DNA of 64,000 nt from a virus (taxonomy: Duplodnaviria; Caudoviricetes), in the IMG/VR virus record IMGVR_UViG_3300045284_000107, positions 1 to 64,000 of that record. One strand, written 5' to 3'. The notes beneath the pieces are model-generated. The model did no database searches. It saw only the letters and a program-made list of their open reading frames with translations, and was not told the DNA's origin. The position numbers were made by a program, and so were the translations under genes. Positions 54,815 to 64,000 of the stretch are shown in pieces; within the stretch, counting starts at the first letter, position 1, and each line of letters starts with the position of its first letter.

Positions 54815-56881
54815 TTAGGCTTTGGCACCCGCCGTGCCATGAAAGCTGGGATCAAAGACTTGGCGGCCATGACCATTCACGATCATATTGCCAATGACCT
54901 TACCAACGGCACTTTTGCGGATACTTTCATCATCCGAAACCAGGGCGTGTTCACTCACCCCCTCAAACAAGGAGGTGGAGTCCCTGGCGCTATTGCCCAA
55001 TCCCAACTTTGTGGTATCGAACAAATGTGGTTTGCGACCGGAACTAGGCATTGCGGGCATCTTTTCCAGAAGGTCCACCTTGGCCTCTGCCGCCGCCGCC
55101 CGCGTTAGGGCTTGAACTTCAGCCTGGGACCAATATGTCTTGGCCATTTTCTTTGGGCCAGTCTCAAGACCCCAATCAATAGGATCAGAACCGCCTCCCT
55201 TACTGCCCGGTCCCGCATGTACCAGTTCGCTCTCGCTGAGAGCGTCTACACCGGCTGGGACTCGATAAAACTCATTGCCCGTTGTAGGACTTTGTTCAGT
55301 TTGACCCGTCCTACCTGCCGCCTTTTTGATTTGCATATCGGCAGCCTTAACGAACGTCTTGAGTGTACTGAGATCGCCGTAGGCCTTTTGCAAGTATTTC
55401 ATTGCCGTTTCGTGATCGAAGTCACCACTCTCGGGTTTGGCCTTTTTAGCCATCTTGGACATATAGGCTTCTTTGTGCATAGAATGCGCGGCCTTAATCG
55501 CAGCCGAGCACTCTTTCATGGTGGACTTGGCCTTTTTCATGTTGCCACGGGCCATATCCATACGGGCCACTCTTGACGGCGGACGACCTGCCTTCGCCAA
55601 GTGCTCCTCCAACAACTTCGACAGTTCATCTTTGTCAATCTGTACAGTCATCTCGCCGCTCCTCTGGGTTGGGACATATGATTTCCTAAGTTCAAGTTCG
55701 GGGCCATCCCTTAAAGGCTGGGAACGTCTCAATTCCAACCCAGGAGGAAGCTCATGGCCAGACTTCTCCATTTGACCCTCGACGGGTCCGCGCCCATCAT
55801 CGGCACCGAGGGTTAAAAAGGACGGCTGTGCCGAATTTAAACTTACGGATGCGGACACGGCCTTTTCGGCCTTTTCTTCGGCCTGTCTTATAAGTTTTTT
55901 AGCCAGTTTCCGTTTAAAGTTCGGGGGAAGTTTAATTCCCAATTGGGCGGCACGATTTTTCAGCAGGGTTTTGGACTTGCCCGCCTTTTCGGACTTTTTG
56001 GCACAGATGGGACAATTTGCTGTGTCATGGGCGGCACATTTCATATCGTCCGTTTTTGCTATGGGTGGCCCCGTATCACAATCAATCTCGTGGACATGGG
56101 TGTCATCTTCGGATTTTTTGGTTGGGGGAAAATGAAACCCATCATTGGCCTGTCCGGGTTCACTTTTGGCCATTATTTCTACAGCTTGGGCCATTTTAGT
56201 TAGGGCGCGGGAGGCCGGGTTCCGTCCTGACATGACTTTGACAAGATAGCCTCCATTTTCAGCCGATCGTTCCTTATATCTTTTAGCAACTTCAATTCTG
56301 CATTCAGGATTTGCCGGGCGATCCACGACAGACACTTCGATAAGCTCAATCTCAGTGATAGTATTGCCAGTCTTCGCGAGCTTTTTCCCGCCAATCGAAA
56401 AACCCTTATAAACTTGGTCAAGGCACTTCTGGGCCGCCGTAGGATCGGTGATACGAGCAGTAAGAAAGAGACCTCTATCATCTACATGGGACTCCGTACC
56501 TGTGCCTACGGCAGAGGGCTGGTGCATTTCGCGAATATTTCGCCATTCCCAATATCCCGGAAGGGCTTTTCGTACTGCATCTAAAGATACAATTTCATTG
56601 TCTAGGTCCAACGCTGGGGTCGAGGCATACCCGGCGACAGTTACCGATCCGTCCTTTTGCCGTTCGACCTTTGACAATGGCAAGAACAGATTGAAATTAT
56701 CAGTCATGGTCGGGGCCTTTCCTAATTTGTTAACGGTGGCCCACGCCTCAGCGAAGGCTCTACTCTCATCCTTGTGTCTAGCATACGATGAGGTCCATAC
56801 ATGCCGCCACTGTCGGCGCTTTGAACCTTTTAATTTTGCCCGTACTGTTGGGGGCAGGGATCTGTTGGTAGGATATGGCAA
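54815..56881 (-). CDS. ChaB + prohead serine protease + scaffold fusion
   Basis: N-terminal MPY...LP..VR...AW ChaB pattern; GYAST..LD...E.V, REMH, KGFSIGG protease motifs; long K/A-rich helical C-terminus. Confidence 0.85.
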   Translation of the reverse strand: MPYPTNRSLPPTVRAKLKGSKRRQWRHVWTSSYARHKDESRAFAEAWATVNKLGKAPTMTDNFNLFLPLSKVERQKDGSVTVAGYASTPALDLDNEIVSLDAVRKALPGYWEWRNIREMHQPSAVGTGTESHVDDRGLFLTARITDPTAAQKCLDQVYKGFSIGGKKLAKTGNTITEIELIEVSVVDRPANPECRIEVAKRYKERSAENGGYLVKVMSGRNPASRALTKMAQAVEIMAKSEPGQANDGFHFPPTKKSEDDTHVHEIDCDTGPPIAKTDDMKCAAHDTANCPICAKKSEKAGKSKTLLKNRAAQLGIKLPPNFKRKLAKKLIRQAEEKAEKAVSASVSLNSAQPSFLTLGADDGRGPVEGQMEKSGHELPPGLELRRSQPLRDGPELELRKSYVPTQRSGEMTVQIDKDELSKLLEEHLAKAGRPPSRVARMDMARGNMKKAKSTMKECSAAIKAAHSMHKEAYMSKMAKKAKPESGDFDHETAMKYLQKAYGDLSTLKTFVKAADMQIKKAAGRTGQTEQSPTTGNEFYRVPAGVDALSESELVHAGPGSKGGGSDPIDWGLETGPKKMAKTYWSQAEVQALTRAAAAEAKVDLLEKMPAMPSSGRKPHLFDTTKLGLGNSARDSTSLFEGVSEHALVSDDESIRKSAVGKVIGNMIVNGHGRQVFDPSFHGTAGAKA

Positions 56882-58114
56882 TTATTGGATCCGTCTTGCA
56901 GATATATAACCCACCGCGGTACAAGTCCCCGTAAAGGTGCCCTGCACTACCAGATACACATTTGTATTGGCACTTACATTCACTCGGGTAGGGCCGGTCT
57001 GCATTGTTTGGACCTGGCCATTTGCAAACGTAAGCCTGTATTGGGTCATTGCACCCGTACCGGCGGCAAGTTGGGCCGGGGTGGGTAGGGTCGCAGATGT
57101 TGTAGAAATACCCGCACCCAATGCACTTGGCGCGCCAGATGGTGTAAAAACCACAACCCCCGCAACAGTCCAATCTCCAGGTGTCAAAGGCAACGTACCC
57201 AAATTTAAAGTCACAGTGGTTGTTAGCGGGGTAGCGGTTGGGACACTTAGAGATAATTGTTCGCCGCGAAAACCTGCGGGAGTATTGCCAGCATTAGTTA
57301 TGCCTCGCAAAACTATCGTGTCAGGAACGAGGGTTAGATTGTCCGTTCCTAACCGGGCGAGGTTTCCGGCATTTGCACTTATAGCTGTAGGACCAGCCGG
57401 ACCTGCGGGACCAACACTTCCGTTTGTACCATTGGTGCCGGGGGTTCCGGTATCACCTTTGGGTCCGGCAGGACCAATTGGGCCTTGTGATCCCGTAAGT
57501 CCTATAGGGCCTTGTACGCCTGGATCTCCAGTATCACCTTTTGGGCCTATTGGACCCTGAACTCCGGGGATACCTTGTGGACCCGGCACTCCTTGTTCAC
57601 CTTGGGGGCCTTGTACGGCCCCCATCCTAATCCAACCATCCGGCGACAGAACTGTACCAACCCACAAATAAATATCATCCGTAGGAATATGGACAAGGCC
57701 TTGCCCATTTTCCATCTGAAAACTTATGGGTGGTTTGTTTGGAGCATCCCAATCCTTGTCAAAGTATCCACTGGGAGGCAGGGCACTTGGTGGTTTAGTA
57801 CCAAAACTCCCAATTACGGCTACGGTTTCGCCAGCGGGGCCTTGTGGACCTTCAGGTCCAGGTACACCTTGCGGGCCTGGTGGTCCCTGCGGTCCTACTG
57901 TACCAGTTCCCCCCTCGGGGGTGCCAGTGTCAGACCACATACTACACCAATCACCCTCATCCACTCTGGGCCATATAGTCCCAGATGCAAAACCTGAAGG
58001 TGAAGGCGCGCTATAATGGCATTCGTTACCAATGCCAAAATAGCAAGTCTTACAGGTAGCCCCTGTTGGGGGCGCTACAAGTCGTGGCTGAATTTCGGAT
58101 CTGGAGGTTTGCAC
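56882..58114 (-). CDS. collagen-like fibre protein
   Basis: Two Gly-X-Y runs, N-terminal Cys4 domain, beta-sandwich C-terminus. Confidence 0.85.
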   Translation of the reverse strand: MQTSRSEIQPRLVAPPTGATCKTCYFGIGNECHYSAPSPSGFASGTIWPRVDEGDWCSMWSDTGTPEGGTGTVGPQGPPGPQGVPGPEGPQGPAGETVAVIGSFGTKPPSALPPSGYFDKDWDAPNKPPISFQMENGQGLVHIPTDDIYLWVGTVLSPDGWIRMGAVQGPQGEQGVPGPQGIPGVQGPIGPKGDTGDPGVQGPIGLTGSQGPIGPAGPKGDTGTPGTNGTNGSVGPAGPAGPTAISANAGNLARLGTDNLTLVPDTIVLRGITNAGNTPAGFRGEQLSLSVPTATPLTTTVTLNLGTLPLTPGDWTVAGVVVFTPSGAPSALGAGISTTSATLPTPAQLAAGTGAMTQYRLTFANGQVQTMQTGPTRVNVSANTNVYLVVQGTFTGTCTAVGYISARRIQ

Positions 58115-58127
58115 TTAATTGGTCCCC

Positions 58128-58871
58128 CTACCTGACCCGACGGGCACAAATGTACCCCTTAGAAAGTACAGTAGATGCCCCTGACGCAAAAGCGGTTTGG
58201 GCCACTAAGTACAGATCCAAAGGGGCCGCCGAATTTGACCTGCACTGGCCGGTCATTAGGACTTGGCGTTGCCCACTCGTAAGTGCCGTTGTGGTAAACA
58301 TATTTAGAATGCCCACCCCAGTCATTAGATCGTCTTGATTGGGCAATTCATTTGGGTGGACACTCACACTTGCGGCGATCATATTAGGACTTACATTGGA
58401 CGGGGGCAAGAAATCTACCGATCCCCAAATCTCCCAGTCCCCAGGTGTAAGGTGGATAGAACAAATCTGGGTGGGGGTATCCGCGGCCATCTGGACCCCG
58501 ACCACATTACTTGTGACCTTGTATTCTCCAATTGTTCCGGGCGCACCCTCGGAACCATCTACTACACCCATAAACACAGACGTTTGGGGAACCAACAACA
58601 ATTGGTCCGTGCCTAATTTGGCTACGTTGCCTGCATCTGTACTTACAGCCGTAGGTCCGGGCGGTCCTTCTGGTCCTGCTGGTCCCACTTCTCCACCCCC
58701 ACTTCCACTTGACCACTTACTGCACCAATCTGTACGTTTTATTCGGGGCCACGCAGCGGTAGATTGGAAACCTGCGGGTACTGGCGCGCCATAATGGCAC
58801 TGACCGTCAATCTCGAAGAAACAATTCCCACATCTTGGGGTGGGATCTACGGCTACGGCCCGGGATTGCAT
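58128..58871 (-). CDS. short collagen-like fibre protein, paralog of 56882-58114
   Basis: Same Cys4 N-domain, short GXY run, AGN.A.LGTD motif, same C-domain. Confidence 0.8.
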   Translation of the reverse strand: MQSRAVAVDPTPRCGNCFFEIDGQCHYGAPVPAGFQSTAAWPRIKRTDWCSKWSSGSGGGEVGPAGPEGPPGPTAVSTDAGNVAKLGTDQLLLVPQTSVFMGVVDGSEGAPGTIGEYKVTSNVVGVQMAADTPTQICSIHLTPGDWEIWGSVDFLPPSNVSPNMIAASVSVHPNELPNQDDLMTGVGILNMFTTTALTSGQRQVLMTGQCRSNSAAPLDLYLVAQTAFASGASTVLSKGYICARRVR

Positions 58872-59024
58872 TACCAATCCGCCAAGTCGTGAGGAATAAA
58901 TGGCGCCTGACCCTTTTGTGTCAATGCACGCAAAGGGAATGGTGGCGGGGACTTTGGTTCTACAGTTTTGGGCGCCAATGGTACATGACCAATTGCATTG
59001 TCCAACTGTTGCAGCACTTCCCGA

Positions 59025-59411
59025 TCACTCAAGGGCTTCGGTGTCGCGACTTTCGACAACGTAGAATTGATCTCCGTCATTAACTTTTCGCCCCTGCCCA
59101 TTCCTGAACCTAATGGTCCGTTGCTGGACAGGGTGTCGCAGCCATTGGTCCCACACAACAAGTCCCTCAGAAACCTCTCGGATAAAGATCGCTGCGTGCG
59201 ATCGTCCATCTGTGTGGTTTCCATACGTACCATTCTGATCAAATGTAGCAATTGCCGTTCCCGGTTCGACATTCGATCCTCGTACTTTGTCGCCGGGTTG
59301 CCACTGGGAAGTATGAGGACATCCCGTACATTCTTGGACATATCGGACGCATTGTCCATTGTGAACCACCTGACCCTGGTAAGTCTCGGGATCGTCAGAA
59401 ATATATGGCAT
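59025..59411 (-). CDS. BPSL0067/Tae2-like peptidoglycan amidase, candidate endolysin
   Basis: GQCV..VQ...G.P.T..W.PG.KV, GTAIATF, SHAAIF, V.DQW. Confidence 0.8.
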   Translation of the reverse strand: MPYISDDPETYQGQVVHNGQCVRYVQECTGCPHTSQWQPGDKVRGSNVEPGTAIATFDQNGTYGNHTDGRSHAAIFIREVSEGLVVWDQWLRHPVQQRTIRFRNGQGRKVNDGDQFYVVESRDTEALE

Positions 59412-60037
59412 CAGTGTGTTGCCAACTTTTTTGCGATTTCGCGCGCAGCACCCACAGCCACATTCTCATTAGAATTATCTGTAGGAGCAGCCCACGCCAA
59501 GTAAATGACTCCAACAAACGACTCTGGATTTGGGGGGATGGGAATGGCGCATCCACGTTTCATACCCCTCTCTGCAAGACGCCGCGCTACAGGTGTACCG
59601 TCGGAATTTAGATTTACACAAACCGGAAACCCCTCAAGAATACCCACGAGGTTTCGTATATCAGATGCGTGATCCATTATGGGTAATCGGCGCGGGGTGG
59701 GAATGACGGGTCTTTCACCATCATGCCGCCGGGCTGCAAGGAACCACTGAGAGTTAGAGGGAAGATCAACGGCCCAGATTTGAACAAGGTCGGCGTCCGT
59801 TTCCGTAGCAAGTTTCTCCAATGCACTTGGAATTTCTTGTGTTTTAAGTTCAGGGCTAGACGGGGTAAGCCAGGCCTCGAACAGTTCGTTTCGTTTGTCA
59901 TAAATTATGTACCCAATACCCAAGAATAAAACCAATAAAATAACAACAAAGGCTTTCCACGGCCGATCCATATAGGAAAGGAATTTGGAAATTAAATCCC
60001 CAATCCACGACTTAGACCCTTGATCTGGAGTGGACAT
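59411..60037 (-). CDS. candidate holin: single TM + GAF-like domain (T4 T-like topology)
   Basis: TM WKAFVVILLVLFLGIGYIIY; CAIPIP....FVGVIYLAW; coupled to the amidase gene. Confidence 0.55.
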   Translation of the reverse strand: MSTPDQGSKSWIGDLISKFLSYMDRPWKAFVVILLVLFLGIGYIIYDKRNELFEAWLTPSSPELKTQEIPSALEKLATETDADLVQIWAVDLPSNSQWFLAARRHDGERPVIPTPRRLPIMDHASDIRNLVGILEGFPVCVNLNSDGTPVARRLAERGMKRGCAIPIPPNPESFVGVIYLAWAAPTDNSNENVAVGAAREIAKKLATH

Positions 60038-60043
60038 TGGCCA

Positions 60044-61738
60044 TTACGGTACGAGACCAGTGGACAATTGAAGCATTAACTGGACCAACGGCATCGTAGA
60101 TTGTTGTTGTACAGACTCACCCCCAAAAGTAACCATGTTGCCCAAGACAGGATCCACATCTACAGCCACCGCCACGGACGTGTTGGACATATCTGTCAAT
60201 ACATATGTCATGCCGGTAGGGGTCGTGATCTTTGTAATGCCAACAGGTAAATCTAAGTTTTGGACCAGGATCGGCGGATGGCCACTGGGACTATCGGAGG
60301 CATCTGTTAATTGACCTATCAATTGAAAGGGGCCGCCCGTTCCCTGATTTATCCAAAAATGGTCCTTATCACCCCAAAACTGAAAGGTTTGTGGACCCCA
60401 AAAATCCAATGCAATAGATGGATCTTGCGGGCCTAACCATGAACTAATAAACAAACGCCGCGAATTGACCGGAATAATTTGCTCTGGTGTGTTGTTTATA
60501 AGTGATAGGCCTGGAATAATCCATACATCGGCGCAATCCATTATAATTCCACTGGACGAACCGTCATTGCCGAACCAAAATGGCAAACCAATCGTCACAA
60601 TATTAAATGAATAAGTCCCGGTGTCTACAACTTGAGTGGGGGTAACTTTTACGTCGTCGATATATAAGGCAACTTTGCGACCCCCAGATCCGGCGCCCAC
60701 ATGTCCAGAATATAAAATGTGGTGCCACTGTCCCGGTGTGAAGGGGCCTGTACCTGGAGGATCAGATATATTTAATTCGGCGGTCTGACCAAAACCTTCA
60801 CCCTTGAGATTAAACGCATATCCTCCACTACCATGAAGATTAAAATTGGACCAATACCCCCCTTCGGGGTCTATCACTGCAAAGGCAGAATTAGGACTCG
60901 TCGGATACAATTTAAACCAACCGGAGATCGTGATCGCAATATCATCGCCGCCAGTGACAGAGGGATTTTTCATCCATGTCTGACCATCAAAATGTACCGC
61001 CTTTGCATGGTATGGGATGCTGGGACTAGAATCTGAGTCTATCAAAGCGCCCAGAACCGTAAACGAACCCCCTGACCCTTGATTTTGCCAGAAAGTACTT
61101 GCCCCACCACTAAACAACATCGCGGAGGGAGGAAAGCCCATTGGATCCTGAGGCAATCCCTCACTAGAGATAAAGATCCGCCGTGTCGCTTCGGGAATAT
61201 CCCCTCCTGTAAGTAAACTTACGCCGGGGGCAATCCATATGTCCGCAAAGTCCCCCACACTATAATCTGCAATGCCATCTCCCAAGACCCTAACCGGGCG
61301 TTGATCGTTGGCCATAATGAATGGATTATTATTGTCTTCAAAATTGGGATAAGTACCAGAAATGTCAATGTCGTCAATATACAGTTTGAAGATTTTTTGT
61401 CCTGCGGGCGCATTCGTGTCTACGGTCATCAAAACATGATGCCACGCCGACTCATATACAGGTTCCGGATCAGGATACTGTGTAATGACCGCATTATCGT
61501 AGGCCAGGTCAATGAACAAAAACATAGGATCGCAGGGCTTACCGCCCTGACCATTTATGATTGACCAATAAAAATTATCGGGATCTATGACTAGGAAACA
61601 TCCCGATTGGCCGGGCGCACCTAGCCAGTTTTTGGCCCAAAACGATACCGAATAGAAATTACTATTGGGCGCATTTATATTGGGACAATCAAGACAGGTC
61701 GCCCCATCTAGATGGACCGCTTTTGCTGTATATGGCAT
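60044..61738 (-). CDS. tandem LamG/concanavalin-like domain protein
   Basis: Internal duplication PY.AKAVH.DG ... WHH.L ... FW.NQG.GG.F...G.L.D...SPS. Confidence 0.75.
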   Translation of the reverse strand: MPYTAKAVHLDGATCLDCPNINAPNSNFYSVSFWAKNWLGAPGQSGCFLVIDPDNFYWSIINGQGGKPCDPMFLFIDLAYDNAVITQYPDPEPVYESAWHHVLMTVDTNAPAGQKIFKLYIDDIDISGTYPNFEDNNNPFIMANDQRPVRVLGDGIADYSVGDFADIWIAPGVSLLTGGDIPEATRRIFISSEGLPQDPMGFPPSAMLFSGGASTFWQNQGSGGSFTVLGALIDSDSSPSIPYHAKAVHFDGQTWMKNPSVTGGDDIAITISGWFKLYPTSPNSAFAVIDPEGGYWSNFNLHGSGGYAFNLKGEGFGQTAELNISDPPGTGPFTPGQWHHILYSGHVGAGSGGRKVALYIDDVKVTPTQVVDTGTYSFNIVTIGLPFWFGNDGSSSGIIMDCADVWIIPGLSLINNTPEQIIPVNSRRLFISSWLGPQDPSIALDFWGPQTFQFWGDKDHFWINQGTGGPFQLIGQLTDASDSPSGHPPILVQNLDLPVGITKITTPTGMTYVLTDMSNTSVAVAVDVDPVLGNMVTFGGESVQQQSTMPLVQLMLQLSTGLVP

Positions 61739-61746
61739 GGGGAGAC

Positions 61747-61784
61747 TGAGGCCCGCTAAGTTCGGGGTTGACTCGCGGGCCTCA
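61747..61784. repeat. 10-bp inverted repeat between the 74-aa gene and the LamG gene
   Basis: TGAGGCCCGC-N18-GCGGGCCTCA. Confidence 0.7.
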
Positions 61785-61792
61785 ACCCCTTC

Positions 61793-62017
61793 CTATGGCA
61801 CTAGGCCGGTGGAAGTCTGAAGCAGGAGTTGGGCCATCGTCTTCATCGCATCAGAACGGACCCCCGTACCTGTGAGAGTGGTTGTGTTGCCGGTGATTGG
61901 ATTATTTGTGACTGCGAGGGTGGCACTTGTACCCCTACTATCCGTAATAGTGTAGGTGGTCACGGCTCCAACTACCGCTTTGCTGGTATAATTGTTTGAG
62001 CCTTCATTTGCTGGCAT
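61793..62017 (-). CDS. 74-aa protein homologous to the C-terminal tail of 60044-61738
   Basis: ...QLLLQTSTGLVP vs ...QLMLQLSTGLVP. Confidence 0.75.
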   Translation of the reverse strand: MPANEGSNNYTSKAVVGAVTTYTITDSRGTSATLAVTNNPITGNTTTLTGTGVRSDAMKTMAQLLLQTSTGLVP

Positions 62018-62786
62018 TTGACATCTCCTCTGGATAAGCCAGGACGTTGAGTTCGTTACTTTCGAAGTGGTACTTTAGCGGGGCCAAGAAATCCTTTATG
62101 TTGTCTAGGCCACACTTGATCCACTCGATATGAAGCACAGGACGGTGCTGTGAAATGGTCTTGGATGCCCCGCTCAGAACTTCCATCTCCATACCTTCAA
62201 CATCTATCTTTAAAAAGTCGGCGCGGTCCAACCCTAAGTCATCAATCGCAAACATCCTAATGTCCACGAGATCCTTGTCCTGATAGGACACTGACTGGCC
62301 GATATACTCGGTCAATTCATTACGCCGAAGTTCTAGACTGCCAAACGAACCTGGAAGTTGGTAATTGGGCAATGGCATTCTAAAGTGTCCAGTTTGGGCA
62401 CCTAGGGCTACGTTCATTGCGCTAACATTAAATAAATTATTAAGGCAAATGTTGCCGCATAGAGCGTAATAAAGACGTTCTTGGGCCTCGAAAGCATACA
62501 CACGGCCCCAGTCCGTAGTGTGTTTAGCCATTTCAAGGGTCATGACCCCAATGTTAGCGCCGCAATCCAAAATGACAAGGTGGCCACTACGATTTTGGTG
62601 AAGAAGGTCCAAAATGGACAACAATGTCTGAATTTCGCCTCGGTCATAAGCCCCATTTCCTAATATCTGCGCCCCAACACCATATATTCCACCATTTTCT
62701 AATTGATGATAATCTGTGCGGCATACAATCATTGGGCCGTGATCTGAAGCGGCCAAAACAAACGGAATGGGGTGCAATTTAATCAT
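62004..62786 (-). CDS. FkbM family methyltransferase
   Basis: LDCGANIG, VYAFEAQ, VALG, IDDL, KIDVEGME; ATG 62786. Confidence 0.92.
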   Translation of the reverse strand: MIKLHPIPFVLAASDHGPMIVCRTDYHQLENGGIYGVGAQILGNGAYDRGEIQTLLSILDLLHQNRSGHLVILDCGANIGVMTLEMAKHTTDWGRVYAFEAQERLYYALCGNICLNNLFNVSAMNVALGAQTGHFRMPLPNYQLPGSFGSLELRRNELTEYIGQSVSYQDKDLVDIRMFAIDDLGLDRADFLKIDVEGMEMEVLSGASKTISQHRPVLHIEWIKCGLDNIKDFLAPLKYHFESNELNVLAYPEEMSNASK

Positions 62787-62985
62787 GGTACAACTTTGCG
62801 CGTACCGCACAATCCTTTGCCTCTAAAAGTTTTCTCAAGGCTGTGGTACGTTCAGGGTTTCGGGGCAAAGTCTCAACAATCCACTCTGCAATGGAACAAA
62901 ACGGATTACTAACCGATTGTAGTGTGGCGGGCAGGTGGCTGTATTCAAAAAATTGTAGCATGGGTTCGCGGGTTTTATCGCTCAT
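62779..62985 (-). CDS. small conserved phage helical-hairpin protein (possibly Acb2/Tad1-like)
   Basis: LQFFEYSHLP..LQ.VS.PF...LP.NPE.T.ALRKLLEAKDCAVRA. Confidence 0.65.
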   Translation of the reverse strand: MSDKTREPMLQFFEYSHLPATLQSVSNPFCSIAEWIVETLPRNPERTTALRKLLEAKDCAVRAKLYHD

Positions 62986-64000
62986 GCTGCTAAGGCCTTG
63001 TCACGTTTTTTCATCATATGTTTGATTTCATTTGTGGCACTTATGAGTTGATCTTGCCAATTGCCCGGCTCGGTCTGAGGCATAATTTCCATTGTTTCAT
63101 ACCAAGGAAGTCCTGATCCTTCGTATAGGTTCCACCACCGCCAGCAATGTTGGAATTGTGCCAACATTATGGTAGGTTTGCCCATTCCTGCTGCCAAGTG
63201 AGCAATTGCAGTATCAATGGTCACAACTGCGTCTAATTTGGCCACAAACGCGGCAGTCTCGGCCCAATTGGACAATTTAGGTGTAATGTCACGGATTAGA
63301 GCCTGGGAAATATAATCATGAGGATCTTTGTCATCTTCGTCCTGGCGTTTGTATAAGGACCACAATTGCACGCCGGGGATCTCCGCCAAGCGGAACCATT
63401 CTTTTAGGGGTGTGAGACGTCGCCTCCAATCCATTTCATTTCCGCGCTTGCCCGAGGCCCAACAAATACCCACGTTGAAGTATTTTTTATCAACGGGCGG
63501 AACTACTATCTGTGGGGGTTTTAGGTAGGGCTTTGAAGATATTTTGTCTTGCGTGATTTGGAGGTGCCGCATTGCCGAATACAAGGGCGAATGATACTCA
63601 AACGCATCCATGTTGCTATCGGTCATGTCTTCGATCGCAAGTACAGATTTCACGAAGTCTTGAGCGAGGAAGAAATCGCAAAGTGATCGGGGGAGGCCCA
63701 AAGTAACCCGCGCTCCGCGCGCAAGTAAATCCTTAGTAAACCTCGCCGTCATTATAGTATCGCCATACCCTTGCTCATGATGCAAAAGTATCCGTTTTCC
63801 ATCTAGGTCTTGACCAGTCCATTCCTGAATGTGATAATCCCACGGCGGCAGATGGTTCATTCCCCACCAGCGGACCTCATACACCTCAAGTGCGGCACTG
63901 AGATCCCCATTTGCCAATAGCATGTGGGCTTCGTCATTTAAAAGCGAATTAGACGTATCGCCCATGTCCTTTACGCGCTGAATATACTCCAACGCGCGGT
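62982..64000 (-). CDS. TPR-associated GT9-like glycosyltransferase (5' end probably beyond the window)
   Basis: EQGYGDTI, VGICWASG, ETAAFV..LD.VVTIDTAIAHLAAGMGKPT, WRW, PWY; frame stays open to the window edge. Confidence 0.85.
   Translation of the reverse strand, partial: RALEYIQRVKDMGDTSNSLLNDEAHMLLANGDLSAALEVYEVRWWGMNHLPPWDYHIQEWTGQDLDGKRILLHHEQGYGDTIMTARFTKDLLARGARVTLGLPRSLCDFFLAQDFVKSVLAIEDMTDSNMDAFEYHSPLYSAMRHLQITQDKISSKPYLKPPQIVVPPVDKKYFNVGICWASGKRGNEMDWRRRLTPLKEWFRLAEIPGVQLWSLYKRQDEDDKDPHDYISQALIRDITPKLSNWAETAAFVAKLDAVVTIDTAIAHLAAGMGKPTIMLAQFQHCWRWWNLYEGSGLPWYETMEIMPQTEPGNWQDQLISATNEIKHMMKKRDKALAA

Noticed and set aside
57400-57900. Periodic GGNCC repeats as a CRISPR or tandem DNA repeat
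   Set aside because: Explained by collagen Gly-Pro-X codons
58871-59359. Overlapping ORF as a spanin
   Set aside because: No lipobox, signal peptide or TM segment; mostly overlaps the amidase gene

Overview
This window is most of the genome of a tailed dsDNA phage with siphovirus-type structural genes. The host is probably a Gram-negative bacterium, likely an alphaproteobacterium; this is inferred from the GTA-like tail tip, PEP-CTERM cargo and class II RNR. There are two convergent arms meeting at about 27.1 kb. The + strand arm (1-27 kb) holds many small early genes, a MoxR-AAA/VWA pair, a recombination block (PD-(D/E)XK nuclease, AAA_24 ATPase, SSB-like protein), a family A DNA polymerase split into a UDG+exonuclease gene and a polymerase gene, a DUF3987 ATPase, dCTP deaminase, dNMP kinase and NrdJ. 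The - strand arm (64-27 kb) holds glycosyl/methyltransferases, a tandem LamG-like protein, a holin plus amidase, two collagen fibres, a ChaB-protease-scaffold fusion, the capsid, head-tail genes, two PEP-CTERM surface proteins, the tail tube, a frameshifted chaperone, a 2383-aa tape measure with inserted enzyme domains and a GTA-like tail tip. The most unusual feature is the tail-tip hub/host-specificity gene. It is split into two paralogous N-halves, each ending in a different LamG-like domain, plus one free-standing C-half. Terminase, portal and integrase are not seen and may lie outside the window. No tRNA, rRNA or CRISPR array was found. All family calls come from motif recognition by eye; no database searches were run.
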